From a virus, in the IMG/VR virus record IMGVR_UViG_3300010430_000007, positions 1-64,000 of that record: a DNA stretch of 64,000 nt. One strand, written 5' to 3'. This document shows positions 1 through 11,100 of the stretch, one piece after another; within the stretch, counting starts at the first letter, position 1; each line of letters opens with the position of its first letter. A program made the translations under genes and the position numbers. The notes under the pieces are model-generated. The model was not told the origin of the DNA and made no database searches. It saw only the letters and a program-made list of their open reading frames with translations.

Positions 1-1278
1 CATTTGCATTAGCTTGTGTGTGAATAACGGTAGTAATCCTTTATCAATTAGTTTCTGTAGAGCCTTTCTGTGACAGTAATGGAATTTATTTAATAATTCA
101 ACATGCTCTTTTACTAATGATAAGAATTTGGTTTTATCTCCGTTAGATAATAACGCCATTCTAACTAGATTTAAAGTCACTACCTTCGTAGAGCCCACGT
201 TTAATTCAGAACCTCCAATAGAATTAAAAATCTTATCTCTGTTTAGTTCTTTTGTATTATTAACCATTCTACAGCAACTTGCAACGGAAGTAACCTCTGG
301 AACTGTCATGATATTGATATCATTGAACCCAAACTTCCAATTATGCTCAACAACATTGTCAAATGTTTCTTCGTCTACATAATTACCATCCTCATACAAT
401 AGTGTTGCCGAAATTACGGGGAATGTGTGCCATTTTTCTTTTCTTAATTCCCCAATATAATTCATAAAGTCTTTTTGAAAATCTAAAATTCCATCCATGT
501 GAGTTACGATATCAGTTCCGTCTGGGTACTTTTCTTCCATAAAGAACTTAGCGATGTGAGCATAGTCTAGAATAGATACATTTGTATATGCACTTTGAAT
601 TCCTCCTTTTAAATAAGGTTGATTCAAATTAAATATAAACTCTTGAAACTTTTGGTCTCTATATTTCTCAGACTCTTCTTTGGTCATATTTTTTGTGTCA
701 TTGATATAGAAATAATACGCATATACAAAGTAGTCAGGCAGTCCAACGGCTCCTGCTTGCATATTCGTAGCATAACTAATGAACTCTAAAATGTGATGAT
801 TAAATGTATCCCAGTGTTTCGGTGCTTTTGCCTTCATTTCACCTATGAAAAATAGTCCTTTTTCAACAATTGGCTTGATTGAATATGCAAAGCAATAAGG
901 CATAAAACTTGTACTGTGTGAATCATGTTCATACAATGCACCAGATACGCAAGCTTCTAAATATGCGTCAGCAACATCTTTGCCGAATTCCTCTTTCATT
1001 TCAATATAAATTTTGTTTTTAGAAAGAAGCTTCGTGTGTGATTTCGTGGATTCATTAATCATGGTATTTATATTTTTACTACTAACATTCGCATTATCGT
1101 CGATACTTGCATCTGCAACCGTAGCTGTCCTCATAAAGTTTTTAAAAAACATACAGGTGTCCAATTGGTGCGGAGCGAGTCCTTCAATTGTAAGCATTTC
1201 AGTTCCATACTTATCATGTAATTCCTCTAATTTGTTTTTGAATTGTCTGTCTAATGTCATTGGAAAGTTATACTTCAT
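1..1278 (-). CDS. nrdD: Anaerobic (class III) ribonucleoside-triphosphate reductase, N-terminal part; runs off the window start
   Basis: My translation from ATG 1278: MKYNFPMTLDRQF...LYEHDSHSTSFMPYCFAYS...QAGAVGLPD...NQPYLKGGIQSAYTNVSILD...TFPVISA...SCCRM...SIGGSELNVGSTKVVTLNLVR, which are NrdD-type motifs. Lies directly downstream of nrdG. Missing from the ORF track because it has no stop in the window. Confidence 0.85.
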   Translation of the reverse strand, partial: MKYNFPMTLDRQFKNKLEELHDKYGTEMLTIEGLAPHQLDTCMFFKNFMRTATVADASIDDNANVSSKNINTMINESTKSHTKLLSKNKIYIEMKEEFGKDVADAYLEACVSGALYEHDSHSTSFMPYCFAYSIKPIVEKGLFFIGEMKAKAPKHWDTFNHHILEFISYATNMQAGAVGLPDYFVYAYYFYINDTKNMTKEESEKYRDQKFQEFIFNLNQPYLKGGIQSAYTNVSILDYAHIAKFFMEEKYPDGTDIVTHMDGILDFQKDFMNYIGELRKEKWHTFPVISATLLYEDGNYVDEETFDNVVEHNWKFGFNDINIMTVPEVTSVASCCRMVNNTKELNRDKIFNSIGGSELNVGSTKVVTLNLVRMALLSNGDKTKFLSLVKEHVELLNKFHYCHRKALQKLIDKGLLPLFTHKLMQM

Positions 1279-1293
1279 TAAATCTATCTCCTT

Positions 1294-1791
1294 TTATTTG
1301 TCCAAATTAATATTGTCTACAATACTGTGATTCTTAAAATCATAAATAATTTGATTGGTACTAGACGGTAATTGATTCTCAACATGTAGTTCTTTTACAT
1401 ATTCTCCTAATACACCATAATCGATACTGCCATATACTTCATGACTTATTCTATCTAGTCTTTTCCAGCTATAAACTATAATTATACTGTCAACATAAAT
1501 ACTTTTTATTTTGTTTGATAAATAACATAGTTTATCAATGTTGTGCTTTGCTGTAGGCTCTCCTCCAACAAAAGACACCCTTATTTGTTTGTGGAATTTT
1601 TTAAAGTTTTCAATTTCAGCCATTAATTCTTTTTCAATGGCATATTTATCACTCGTTACTTTTGGAATATCTAATAGCTCTCTATTATGGCAACCACTAC
1701 ACGGAATTGGCTTGTCACATCCGTAAAGATATACTTCTAATGAAGGTTTTCCAAGCCCACTTTTAGTAGAATACTGTATACTATATCCCAT
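1294..1791 (-). CDS. nrdG: Anaerobic RNR-activating radical SAM protein
   Basis: YLYGCDKPIPCSGCHN (CxxxxxCxxC variant), SFVGGEP and VLGEYVKEL...STNQII motifs; adjacent to nrdD. Confidence 0.85.
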   Translation of the reverse strand: MGYSIQYSTKSGLGKPSLEVYLYGCDKPIPCSGCHNRELLDIPKVTSDKYAIEKELMAEIENFKKFHKQIRVSFVGGEPTAKHNIDKLCYLSNKIKSIYVDSIIIVYSWKRLDRISHEVYGSIDYGVLGEYVKELHVENQLPSSTNQIIYDFKNHSIVDNINLDK

Positions 1792-1851
1792 TTCTCACCT
1801 CCTTTAATCAATAAACATAGCAGACTGCTCTCTCCAACAGCCTACTAATAC

Positions 1852-1880
1852 ATCATACCATAAATATCAACGTTTGTCAA
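1852..1880 (-). promoter_or_regulatory. sigma-A promoter for nrdG-nrdD
   Basis: Minus strand reads TTGACA-17 bp-TATGAT. Confidence 0.7.
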
Positions 1881-1892
1881 TACCTATTTCAA

Positions 1893-2144
1893 TTATTTTT
1901 CAACTAACATAAAATATTTTCCGTTCCCACCTTTATCCATAAATAAAGATTCTCCCTTATTGTCGATAATCTCATACACAGGTGGCACATCTCTAATATC
2001 ACTATCCCCATTCATCAGTTCAACTTCGGCATCTTTTCTGCCATCGTATTGACTAACTACCTCATACTCTTTACCTGCTTTTACATGTGCTCTACCAAAC
2101 TTATATTCTGCATCTTTAGTCATTTCTAAATATAGTTTTTTCAT
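1893..2144 (-). CDS. Hypothetical protein
   Basis: 83 aa with SD (GGAGG); part of the minus-strand operon. Confidence 0.7.
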   Translation of the reverse strand: MKKLYLEMTKDAEYKFGRAHVKAGKEYEVVSQYDGRKDAEVELMNGDSDIRDVPPVYEIIDNKGESLFMDKGGNGKYFMLVEK

Positions 2145-2152
2145 AATACCTC

Positions 2153-2407
2153 CTATAGTTCAATAATCTTACCAAAGTAATCTCTGTTGAGGATGTCGAT
2201 TCTAAGTGGTACTACAATTACATTTTCAACTTTATTGTTGACGTGAGTAATCATAATTACCTCGTATAGATTCTTTCCAATAGACACAGCACTATCTTCC
2301 AATCGTGCATTGGTCAGATATTTACCATGCTTGTCTCTCACGGTTCTTAATAATTCCTTACCCAATAATTCGTCTTCTTCTGTAGGACAATAAAATACAT
2401 ATCTCAT
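2153..2407 (-). CDS. Hypothetical protein
   Basis: 84 aa with SD. Confidence 0.7.
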   Translation of the reverse strand: MRYVFYCPTEEDELLGKELLRTVRDKHGKYLTNARLEDSAVSIGKNLYEVIMITHVNNKVENVIVVPLRIDILNRDYFGKIIEL

Positions 2408-2418
2408 ACTTTCCCTCC

Positions 2419-2682
2419 TTAATTCTTAGACTTTATTAAATCACTCGTAAGTGTTTTCAATATCTGTTTCAACTCATATTTCTTAGTCTTTATATTTTCT
2501 CCATTTAAATAACTCAGCATTTTAATTTCATACTCAATACACTCTATCCACTGTTTAATCTCTCGTTGTTTGAATTGATGTTTAATCTCTTCATATTCTT
2601 CCATAACGTCAAATACAGTTTCTAATGGTCTATTGAGTGCATATTTAAATGCATAAGTTAACATTAAAACTTGTCTATTCAC
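2419..2682 (-). CDS. Hypothetical protein
   Basis: 87 aa with SD. Confidence 0.7.
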   Translation of the reverse strand: MNRQVLMLTYAFKYALNRPLETVFDVMEEYEEIKHQFKQREIKQWIECIEYEIKMLSYLNGENIKTKKYELKQILKTLTSDLIKSKN

Positions 2683-2693
2683 ATATTTCCTCC

Positions 2694-3140
2694 TTACTTT
2701 TTAATAAAACTTTCAATTGGATATCTATTAACTCTAACTCCTTTTGGAATAGAATCCAATATAATTCTACTCTCTTCTTTTGTGTGAGCTTTGACTTCGA
2801 CTTTTAGAATACTATTAACATCACCAGTATAGTTCTCTCCAGTAATTACGTCTAGATTTTTAAGTTTTAATTTATCTGAAATCATTTTACTCATAGTTCT
2901 ATCTTGTGCTATTAATTCATATTTCCATAACTCTTCCACATTCGATTTCTTGATATTCTTTCTGTATACATTGTAAGCAACAACTAACGCCGATAGAATT
3001 GCTGTAGCAAATAACGTATAGATATCTGCATCTTTTCCCAACTTAATCATGAATAGAAACATTACGCCTTGTAGGAAGGAAAATACGAATGTCTTCTTGT
3101 AGTCCAAATCATGAAGACTCAGGCTTTTGTTGGAACTCAC
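2694..3140 (-). CDS. Hypothetical membrane protein
   Basis: Two N-terminal hydrophobic segments. Confidence 0.6.
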   Translation of the reverse strand: MSSNKSLSLHDLDYKKTFVFSFLQGVMFLFMIKLGKDADIYTLFATAILSALVVAYNVYRKNIKKSNVEELWKYELIAQDRTMSKMISDKLKLKNLDVITGENYTGDVNSILKVEVKAHTKEESRIILDSIPKGVRVNRYPIESFIKK

Positions 3141-3606
3141 CCAACTATCAATACACTTTAAAAATATTAACTCTATATTACTCCACCTCCTTGATACAAT
3201 CGAACAATTTCATACATTCAATACAGCTTAAAACACTGCATACTTTATTTGTAAGTGGATGTAAATCAAACATTGGACAAATAGTTGAATCCTCACCAGT
3301 TAAGTCATTGTGATTTAAAATTGTACCAATTCTAATTTCTTTATCTTTCTCTAATCCATCATCATATCCACAATGACCGATTATTTCATACTTAATGTAT
3401 TCCATATTTCCTCCTATCGAACATTGAACTTTGGAATTTCTTCAAAGGAAATTTTATCTTTTAAATTATTCCCGCATTCACTACAGTATTTGTCTTCACA
3501 ATCAACTGTTTGGTCACATTTTTCACATTTACATCTACTTACTGTTATTATTTTAATCATTTAGTTCCTCCTTTAATATTGTGATGAAATAGTGTTTTTA
3601 TTTGGT

Positions 3607-3726
3607 TTAATTAGAAATCAAAACTAACACCAACCAAATCATCAAATAAATCATTATAAAATTCCAACTAAACGCAAATGCTCCTGCACTGCACATTAGT
3701 AAATATAGTACCAATATCCAAATCAT
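3607..3726 (-). CDS. 39-aa hydrophobic membrane peptide bracketed by two palindromic sites
   Basis: GGGAGG SD then MIWILVLYLLMCSAGAFAFSWNFIMIYLMIWLVLVLISN*; below the ORF-track size cut-off. Confidence 0.55.
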   Translation of the reverse strand: MIWILVLYLLMCSAGAFAFSWNFIMIYLMIWLVLVLISN

Positions 3727-3990
3727 ACTCCACCTCCCAATGAAACTCACAATTCATGTGTTTTCTACTCATAGTCATTCAATAATCTACAATATTCATC
3801 TGCCAATTCTTTTTGTCTAACGTCTAAATGTTCATATTTTATTCTAAACGAGACTTCCCATTCACAATTTAATACTGTAAATGGGTAGAACTGAATATTC
3901 ATAAACTTTGAAAGTTCTCTTCTATTCTTCTTTAAGAATTTTTTCATCTTAGATTGCTTTCTAAAAAACATTTTATCACCTCTCTATAAT

Positions 3991-4019
3991 ACTATACCAC
4001 AAGACATAGTATATGTCAA
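3991..4019 (-). promoter_or_regulatory. sigma-A promoter
   Basis: TTGACA-17-TATAGT with an extended TG. Confidence 0.75.
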
Positions 4020-4844
4020 GTGTTAATTTTATTTATTTATAAACTTATTTATGCAATCATTACAATATAATCCAAGTTTTTCACTTGTTTCATAATATTC
4101 ACTACAGTGGTTGCACTGGACAACAGATAATACTTTAAATTTATCTACGTCATACGTCGTAGATATTCCAAATACATAATCGATTACAGCAGTAAAAATA
4201 TCACCTCTACTTAAGTCTTCCATATTAGATTCAAACTCTTTAACAATTTCATCTTCATATTTTAGGTAGTCCAAATAATCTTTATTTGTTTTCATATTAC
4301 CTCCTCACCTTCTTAAATGGATACCCTCCACCATCTTCGTCTAAGCAGTAGATAATCCTATAATTATCAGTATCATCTTTGTGTCTCTCATATTCACCCA
4401 TGGTTATTAATTCCCAATCGTCTTCTCTGCTTTTAATAATCCTCGGCTTGTATTGTTCACATTCACCATCTTTGCATTTTCCTACTATTGGGTATCCATC
4501 AGCACAATGTCCAATATACCAAGCACATATACGCCTAATTTTGCAATTCTCGTTCATGCAAGTATATTTATCCGGCATTCCTTTCATTTCTTTCACTCCT
4601 TCTTGACATTTGGTGTCTCTCATAAAGTCTAACCATAACTTCAAACTCACTTTTATTATACATCAATTTTTCCAATTTGTCAAGAGATAATTTATTTAAT
4701 TTCAAAATTAATTCTGCGTCTTTAGCCTCCACATAAAAACTTTCAAGAGACTTTGCATTGTATATTTTTTCTGCGCACATTTTAAATAGTGCAAGTTTTT
4801 CATGTGAAGACATATCTACCTCCTATCTATATATTTGATAATTA

Positions 4845-5276
4845 TTATAGCCTCCGTAGCATTATCGCACCGACAATTTCATTACTTCTACTAACTCTTA
4901 CTGGTGCTAGTTTGCCATGTCTACTGTCAGGCAATGTAATGTGCAATCCGTTCTTTTCTATGATGTCGTACAGATATTTATAAGTATAATACACACCATC
5001 TGTAACTAAATCGAAACTCTCCTTTTCTAACTCTAATATTGACGTATCGATATGTTTAAATTTTTGAGTATTCTGACAATTCACAACAGAAGAAGTCAAT
5101 AAAATCACTCTTTCATCATAATCACTTTGGCTATATTGCTTGATTGTAGCCTTTAGGTTTTTCGTCTTAACCTTGTCTAAAAAAAGGATTAACCCATTAT
5201 AGCAATAGATGAATTTATCTGTCTTCTCATGTCTAAATTTTGGGTCACTCCATTTATTATTCTTAAATTCTACCAT
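4845..5276 (-). CDS. Hypothetical protein
   Basis: 143 aa with SD; no recognisable motif. Confidence 0.7.
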   Translation of the reverse strand: MVEFKNNKWSDPKFRHEKTDKFIYCYNGLILFLDKVKTKNLKATIKQYSQSDYDERVILLTSSVVNCQNTQKFKHIDTSILELEKESFDLVTDGVYYTYKYLYDIIEKNGLHITLPDSRHGKLAPVRVSRSNEIVGAIMLRRL

Positions 5277-5323
5277 ATTATTTCTCCTTTACATAATATA
5301 TTTTATTTACAACAAAAAGCAAC

Positions 5324-5351
5324 AAAAAGGCGAGTCACTTTTCGACTCACC
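5324..5351 (-). terminator. Intrinsic terminator after recJ
   Basis: GGTGAGTC-loop-GACTCGCC followed by TTTTT on the minus strand. Confidence 0.8.
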
Positions 5352-5371
5352 TAATACTAACATACTTTTAT

Positions 5372-7084
5372 TTAGTTGTCAATAGTATTTTTATAATCTT
5401 TTAACATAAATTGAATACTTTTTCTTCCTCTAAACTCATTTACATCTAATGTGACAATCATATCGATTCTATTTCCAATTGTCAACTCTTCTGTCATCTC
5501 TGAATTAAACATTATTGCATCAAATTCTTTTACACCTTGTAATACTTTTAGCTTAACATGGTTACTATCTTTTCCAATAGTTCTAGAGTCTAATATTTTC
5601 ATATCATTTATTCTAAACATTGGTCTTGCATTTCCAACTCCATGAGGTTCCAGCCATGCAAGTTCTTTCATTAAGTTAAAATCAATCACATCTTCATCAA
5701 TCACACATTCATATTTAAGCTTTGGTATCATATCTTCTTCTGTCAATACTGAATCTGTATATAGATTAATTTGCTTTCTAAATTCATCTACATTTTCTAA
5801 TTTAATAGCCATTCCACAAGCTTGTTCATGCCCACCAAAACTAGATGTTAATTCTCTAATACTATCAACTGCTTTGTGCAAATCAAACCCATCTATACTA
5901 CGACCTGAACCTTTACACATTCCATCTTCTACATCTAGAAGGATTGTCGGCTTATAGTACTTGTCACAAATCTTTGAAGTAGCAATACCTAATATTCCAG
6001 TATGCCATCCCTCACTAGCGACTATTAGAAATTTATCATCTTCATATGATGGGTCTGATTCTATAATCTCAATAGCTTCTGCGACAATTCTGCGTTCAAT
6101 TTCTTGACGTTCTTCGTTTAGCTCTTTCAACTGCTTACTGATAAATGTAGACTCATTCAAATCATCACTCATTAATAATTCTACTGCCAAATCTGCTTGA
6201 CCTATCCTTCCAGTCGCATTGAGTTGTGGAGCTAATTTAAATCCTATGTCTCCGGATGTGATTTTTTTATCTTGTAACCCAGATTCATTAACTAAACTTC
6301 TTAATCCAATCATGTTGGATTTATTCATATTCTTTAGTCCATGATACGCAATCGTTCTATTCTCATCATAGATTGGGGCGATATCGGCTATGCTTCCGAG
6401 TGAAACTATTTCTAAGAAATCAATGAAGTCATCGTGATCTGGCAAGTCTGGAATTAATGCACAGGCTAGTTTAAATGCAACTCCGACTCCTGCAAGCATG
6501 CCAAATGGATATCCACAATCTTCTTGTTGAGGGTCGATTACAGCAACTGCATCAGGAATCAAACTGGAAGGTAGATGATGGTCTGTCAGAATGACATCTA
6601 TTCCAAGTGACTTTGCATACTCAACTTCTTCAACTCCACTTATTCCACAATCGACAGTAATAATCAATGTTGAGCCAGATTCTTTGATTTTGTCGATAGC
6701 TTTGTTGTTAAGTCCATACCCTTCTTCTAATCTGTTTGGTAAGTAGAAATTTACTGGGTGTTTTAATTTATTAAATGTTTTTAATAGTATAGTAGTGCTG
6801 GTCTCGCCATCGACTCAGACATCGTAGTCGCCATACACGACTACACTTTCTCCTTTCTGAATTGCTTTTTTAATTCTAGCGACTGCACGTTTCATACCTT
6901 TCATTAAATAAGGATTATATAACTTACTTATGTCAGGTCTGAGATATTGTCGAGCATCTTCTTTATTATAAATCTTTCTATTTACTAACGATGTCGCCAT
7001 AGGGAAAGAATGAGTAGTTTCATTCGCCAGTTGAACAATTTTCATCAAGTCATAATCTTTTTGTATCCATGTTTTTTTATTCAT
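5372..7084 (-). CDS. recJ: ssDNA-specific exonuclease RecJ (DHH/DHHA1), one reading frame with an internal TGA at 6815-6817
   Basis: Track ORFs 6815..7138 and 5372..6667 are in the same frame (YGDYDV*VDGETST...RLEEGYGL...ITVDCG...TDHH...LNATGR...GSGRS...GGH). SD GGAGAG precedes ATG 7084. Confidence 0.9.
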
Positions 7085-7580
7085 TATACTCTCCTTTATT
7101 TTTTCTAGCATAATCCCCAAAATATTTCGCTTCGGCATTCAATCTTGCAGATATTGCGTCTTATATTAATTCGTACCTACCTAGATTAATTTTCTTCTTG
7201 TTTACAGTGATATATGATTCCCATTTTTCTCTGTCATTTGCCCATGAAACGCCAGTTGTTCCACTAGTATTATTTTTCTTTTTTTTAAAATTCAATCCAT
7301 TTTGCCTAGGTGTACATATTCTTAAATTTTTATAAGTGTTTATTAAAGTATTTCCGTCGATGTGGTCAACATAAGCCCATCTGTCAGTCACTCCCATTAT
7401 AAATCTGTGAAAATAAAGCTTGTTTCCATCCACACTTGCATATACATAGCCATCAGCATAACACCATTTATGCTTTGAAATTTTTTCCAAGCATTTTACA
7501 TCGCACACGCAATGAATAGGATTCGAATTACTCTCTATTTCTATAAAAAGTTTATCTCCTCGTATACATGTTTTATTCAT
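7077..7580 (-). pseudogene. HNH-AP2 homing-type endonuclease with a premature TAA at 7161-7163
   Basis: YFHRFIM...VDHIDGNTLIN...NLR...NNTSGTTGVSW. The frame continues past the TAA as DAISARLNAEAKYFGDYA, the typical AP2 end, to a stop overlapping the recJ start. Confidence 0.75.
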
Positions 7581-8112
7581 ATAAACTCCCTTTCAGCACC
7601 TCTTTTAAATAGTATTCGAAATAGGTATAAATAAACACTGGCATTGCTTCTGCTGACATATGTTTAAATACAACCCCATACCTATGCTCAAAAGTCTGTA
7701 CCGAACTTATAAACGCCCTTCTACCATATTTAGACCTGTAATTTCCCATAAATAGATTATCCCACTTATCTTCAACACATATTACCATTTTACCTTTGAA
7801 CGTAGCCAATTCTTCTTCAAATCTAGTTCTATGTTTTACCATATTTTGAGACAATTCATCAAGTGAATTCTTTCTTTCTACCACCACTTTTTTATCAAAG
7901 AATAATTTCTCATGTATTCCCAATTCTGGAATAGGTTTCACATAAAAGCTATAATCTCCATTGTCAAGCTTCATTCTTTCGTATTTAACTCTGTTTTTAT
8001 AGTCCATCCATTTCGTTATAGTGTCAGCTTTTTCTCTGGAATCAACTAATATTATCATATTTTTCACAATTAAATCTATTTCTTCTTTTGTAAATTTTCT
8101 ATATTCTAACAT
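7573..8112 (-). CDS. ERCC4-domain nuclease
   Basis: ILVDSREK...GDYSF...VVVERKNSLDEL is the ERCC4/Mus81 signature. Confidence 0.8.
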   Translation of the reverse strand: MLEYRKFTKEEIDLIVKNMIILVDSREKADTITKWMDYKNRVKYERMKLDNGDYSFYVKPIPELGIHEKLFFDKKVVVERKNSLDELSQNMVKHRTRFEEELATFKGKMVICVEDKWDNLFMGNYRSKYGRRAFISSVQTFEHRYGVVFKHMSAEAMPVFIYTYFEYYLKEVLKGSLYE

Positions 8113-8122
8113 AAACCATCTC

Positions 8123-11100
8123 CTATTCTATTTTAGTGTAATTTAACGCCCACCATTCGGTTTCTGGCAAATCAATCCAACCGTCATCAGTTTTCTTTCT
8201 TTTATGTTCTTTTGAAAACTTATTGATATAAATCATATCCCCATTTTTGAATGGTGCATCTTGAAAATAAGTAATTTCTTTTTTTGCATAAAACTTAGAT
8301 TTAGGTTTGTTTTTTATCTTTAAATCTACTGTACCACCATTATTCAAACAATACCCTACAAATCTAGGGGAATACTTTGTATCTAGCCTTGTAACTAATG
8401 TATATCTTTTGTCCATGGATGGGTCTGTAAAATTAATATAACCCAGATGCTTACTTTGCACATCTATCTTGTCCTTTATTGACAGGTCAACGTCTTCTAG
8501 TGTGTTTTCAATCTCTTCTATAACTGACACAAAATCCACACCACTGTATTGCTTTTCTGTTTCTTTTGCTGAGTGTTTGGCAACTAACTCTTCTGGGAAA
8601 ATCATCGAATCTTTTTTCATTGTTTTTTTAGAATATTGTTTTTTAAAATAAAACATATCCGCTATGTCTAGTAGCTTTTTAGCCATTCCAAAGTCGCTAA
8701 AAAAATCAAGTTTAATTAATATTTTTACTTGCGATTGGTTAACTGATGTTTTTGCAGTTATATCATGCAATAGTCTTGTAAGTGATTCGTACGTGTTGTC
8801 TCTTAGCTCAAATAGTTCTTCCCCATTTTTTACACCAATATCTTTTATAGAAGCCATACCTTTGTAGATTGTATTTTCTTCTAAATCAAAAGTATACCTG
8901 GATGTAGATTTGCCAAACTTAATACTTTGAATCTTAATGTCAGTATGCTCTTTTATAAAGTCGGTTATATTCTGTGTTTTTTCAAATTTTCCATCGTTTA
9001 CATTTAACTGATTACAAAGATATTGAAGTGGATAGTAACATCTATAGTAAGCATTTTTAAAACCAAGCAAAGTGTATGGTGTCGAATGGTTAATTGAGAA
9101 TCCGTAATCGCTGGAATCGATTATTATTTGTACAAATTTGTCAATCGCAAGTATCGATTCTTCCTCAGTTGCTCCGTAATCTTCGATGAAATGTTTCATA
9201 AATTTCTCTCTTATTTCAGGAACAAATGCATCTGTTCCACCTTTTTTCGCAATCCCTCTTCTAACACTATCGCTCTGAGAGCCTGTATAATGACAGAACT
9301 TCTCCAAAAATAGCATTATCTGCTCTTGGAAGATGCAGTAGTTATTCATATTTGAGAAGAACTCATTTATGGCACTGTGCCCATTGTCGTTCGGTATGCC
9401 TTGTAGAAAATCTTCTCTAAAACTTGAACAAGATGGTCTTATTACTCCGTTTAATGCAAGCATGATAAAAAATCTATTTACACTTGGGTTGTTTTTTACA
9501 AAGTCCTCGAAATTTTCCAATGCTCTTCTTAATGAAAACCATCCGCTTTTTTCAAACTGAAATATACCAAGCCCGGACTTTAACATCTCGTTCCACACAT
9601 TGATGTCGTCTAAATCCAAATCATCATTATGGAGTGCAACACCAGTATCTTTTTCAGTATCACCAACTATTTGTATGTTGTCTACTGAAAGTAAATCCAT
9701 TTTTACAAAATTTACAGAGTCAATAGCCTTCATATCATTTTGAGAAATCACCCATTTAGAATCTTTATTTCTAAAAGTTCCTATTTCTTCATTTATTTCA
9801 CCATCATATGTCACAAACCCACATGCATGAGTTGAAGTGCCTGTAATAATACCAACTGCCTTATATGTTAGCTCTATCCATTCCGGATATTTTTCTCTCC
9901 ACTTCTCTTCGTTATGAAATGTAGAAATGACTGTAGTTGTTTCGTCTTCATTTTCTATTTTCTTTTCTTCTATCTCTTTTGCTACTAGGTTTTCTGTTTC
10001 TAGGTCATATCCAAGACCTTTTGCCACAAGCCTACAAGCACCTCTGAGTGCTAATTTAGAAAAGGTTACAATTGCCGAACATTGTAAGCCTTCACGATTG
10101 TATAGATAATCTTTTACCAACGGTCTTTTTGCACCTGCCATGTCAATATCCACATCGGCGAGTGATATTCTCTCAGGATTCATAAATCTAAAGAATAATG
10201 TTCCATATTTTATAGGGTCAACGTCTGTTATATCTAACACCCATAAACTTTGTGAGCCATTACATGAACCTCTTGGTGAGGTTGCTATGTTGTTATCTCT
10301 ACAAAATTTAACCATGTCATCGAGCAATACAAAATAATCACAATTGCCCAGCTTTACATAGGTATCATATTCAAATTTTATTGCGTCTAGATATTTTTTT
10401 CGCTTCTCTGGTTCAAAATCATTTATCCTTTTATCTTCTATGCCTTTTAATATTCTATTCCACAATTCTTTTTCTGGGTCATTTGAAATCTTTGGGTATT
10501 TATGAGAAAAATCTAGTTCCCAATTGTCGCACATATCAGATAATACACAAGTGTTATTGATTGCCTCAAAAATCTCACCATCAGACAGTATACCTTGTTG
10601 TTGAAATTCTTCGAAAAGTTCATCGTATGTTCGCATGTGTAATTCAAAATCTTCTTCTCCTGCTTCACCAGTATCTTTTTTTCCTGCTTGTAAAACAGCT
10701 CTCAATCTGTTATCTTCTTTATTTAAAACATGTGTATCTGTTCCTGCGATAATTCTGATACCAGTTTTTTTAGAAAAAGAAATTAATAGTTCGTTATATG
10801 TTTTTTGGTCTTCTGAACGTACATGTGGTTGCACTTCAAGAAAACATCTGTCTTTGTTTTCTACGAGCCATTCTGTGTACTTGTCGCACTCATGTTTCCC
10901 ATGTAACTTCCATAATGGTGATGCCAAACATGCAGTAGATACTAATATATTTTTTGAAGTAGCACACAACTGTTCAAAAGAAATCCTAGGTCTGTAGTAA
11001 TATTGTATTCCGGGATACCATTTCTCGCCCTTACCAATAAAAGATTTAGAAGATAGTTTATTTAATTCTCTCACGCCCTCGATGTTTTTTGCATATAAAG

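Noticed and set aside
1815-1845. Hairpin AGGCTG...CAGTCT in the nrdG leader
   Set aside because: A single short stem with no riboswitch or NrdR-box pattern that I can support.
6667-6815. Intron or intein splitting recJ
   Set aside because: The gap between the two track ORFs is in-frame RecJ coding sequence; only 6 extra nt are present.
5372-7580. Genome-wide stop-codon reassignment (TGA or TAA)
   Set aside because: All three stops terminate many normal genes with correct operon spacing, and TGA read-through would not restore the RecJ motif.
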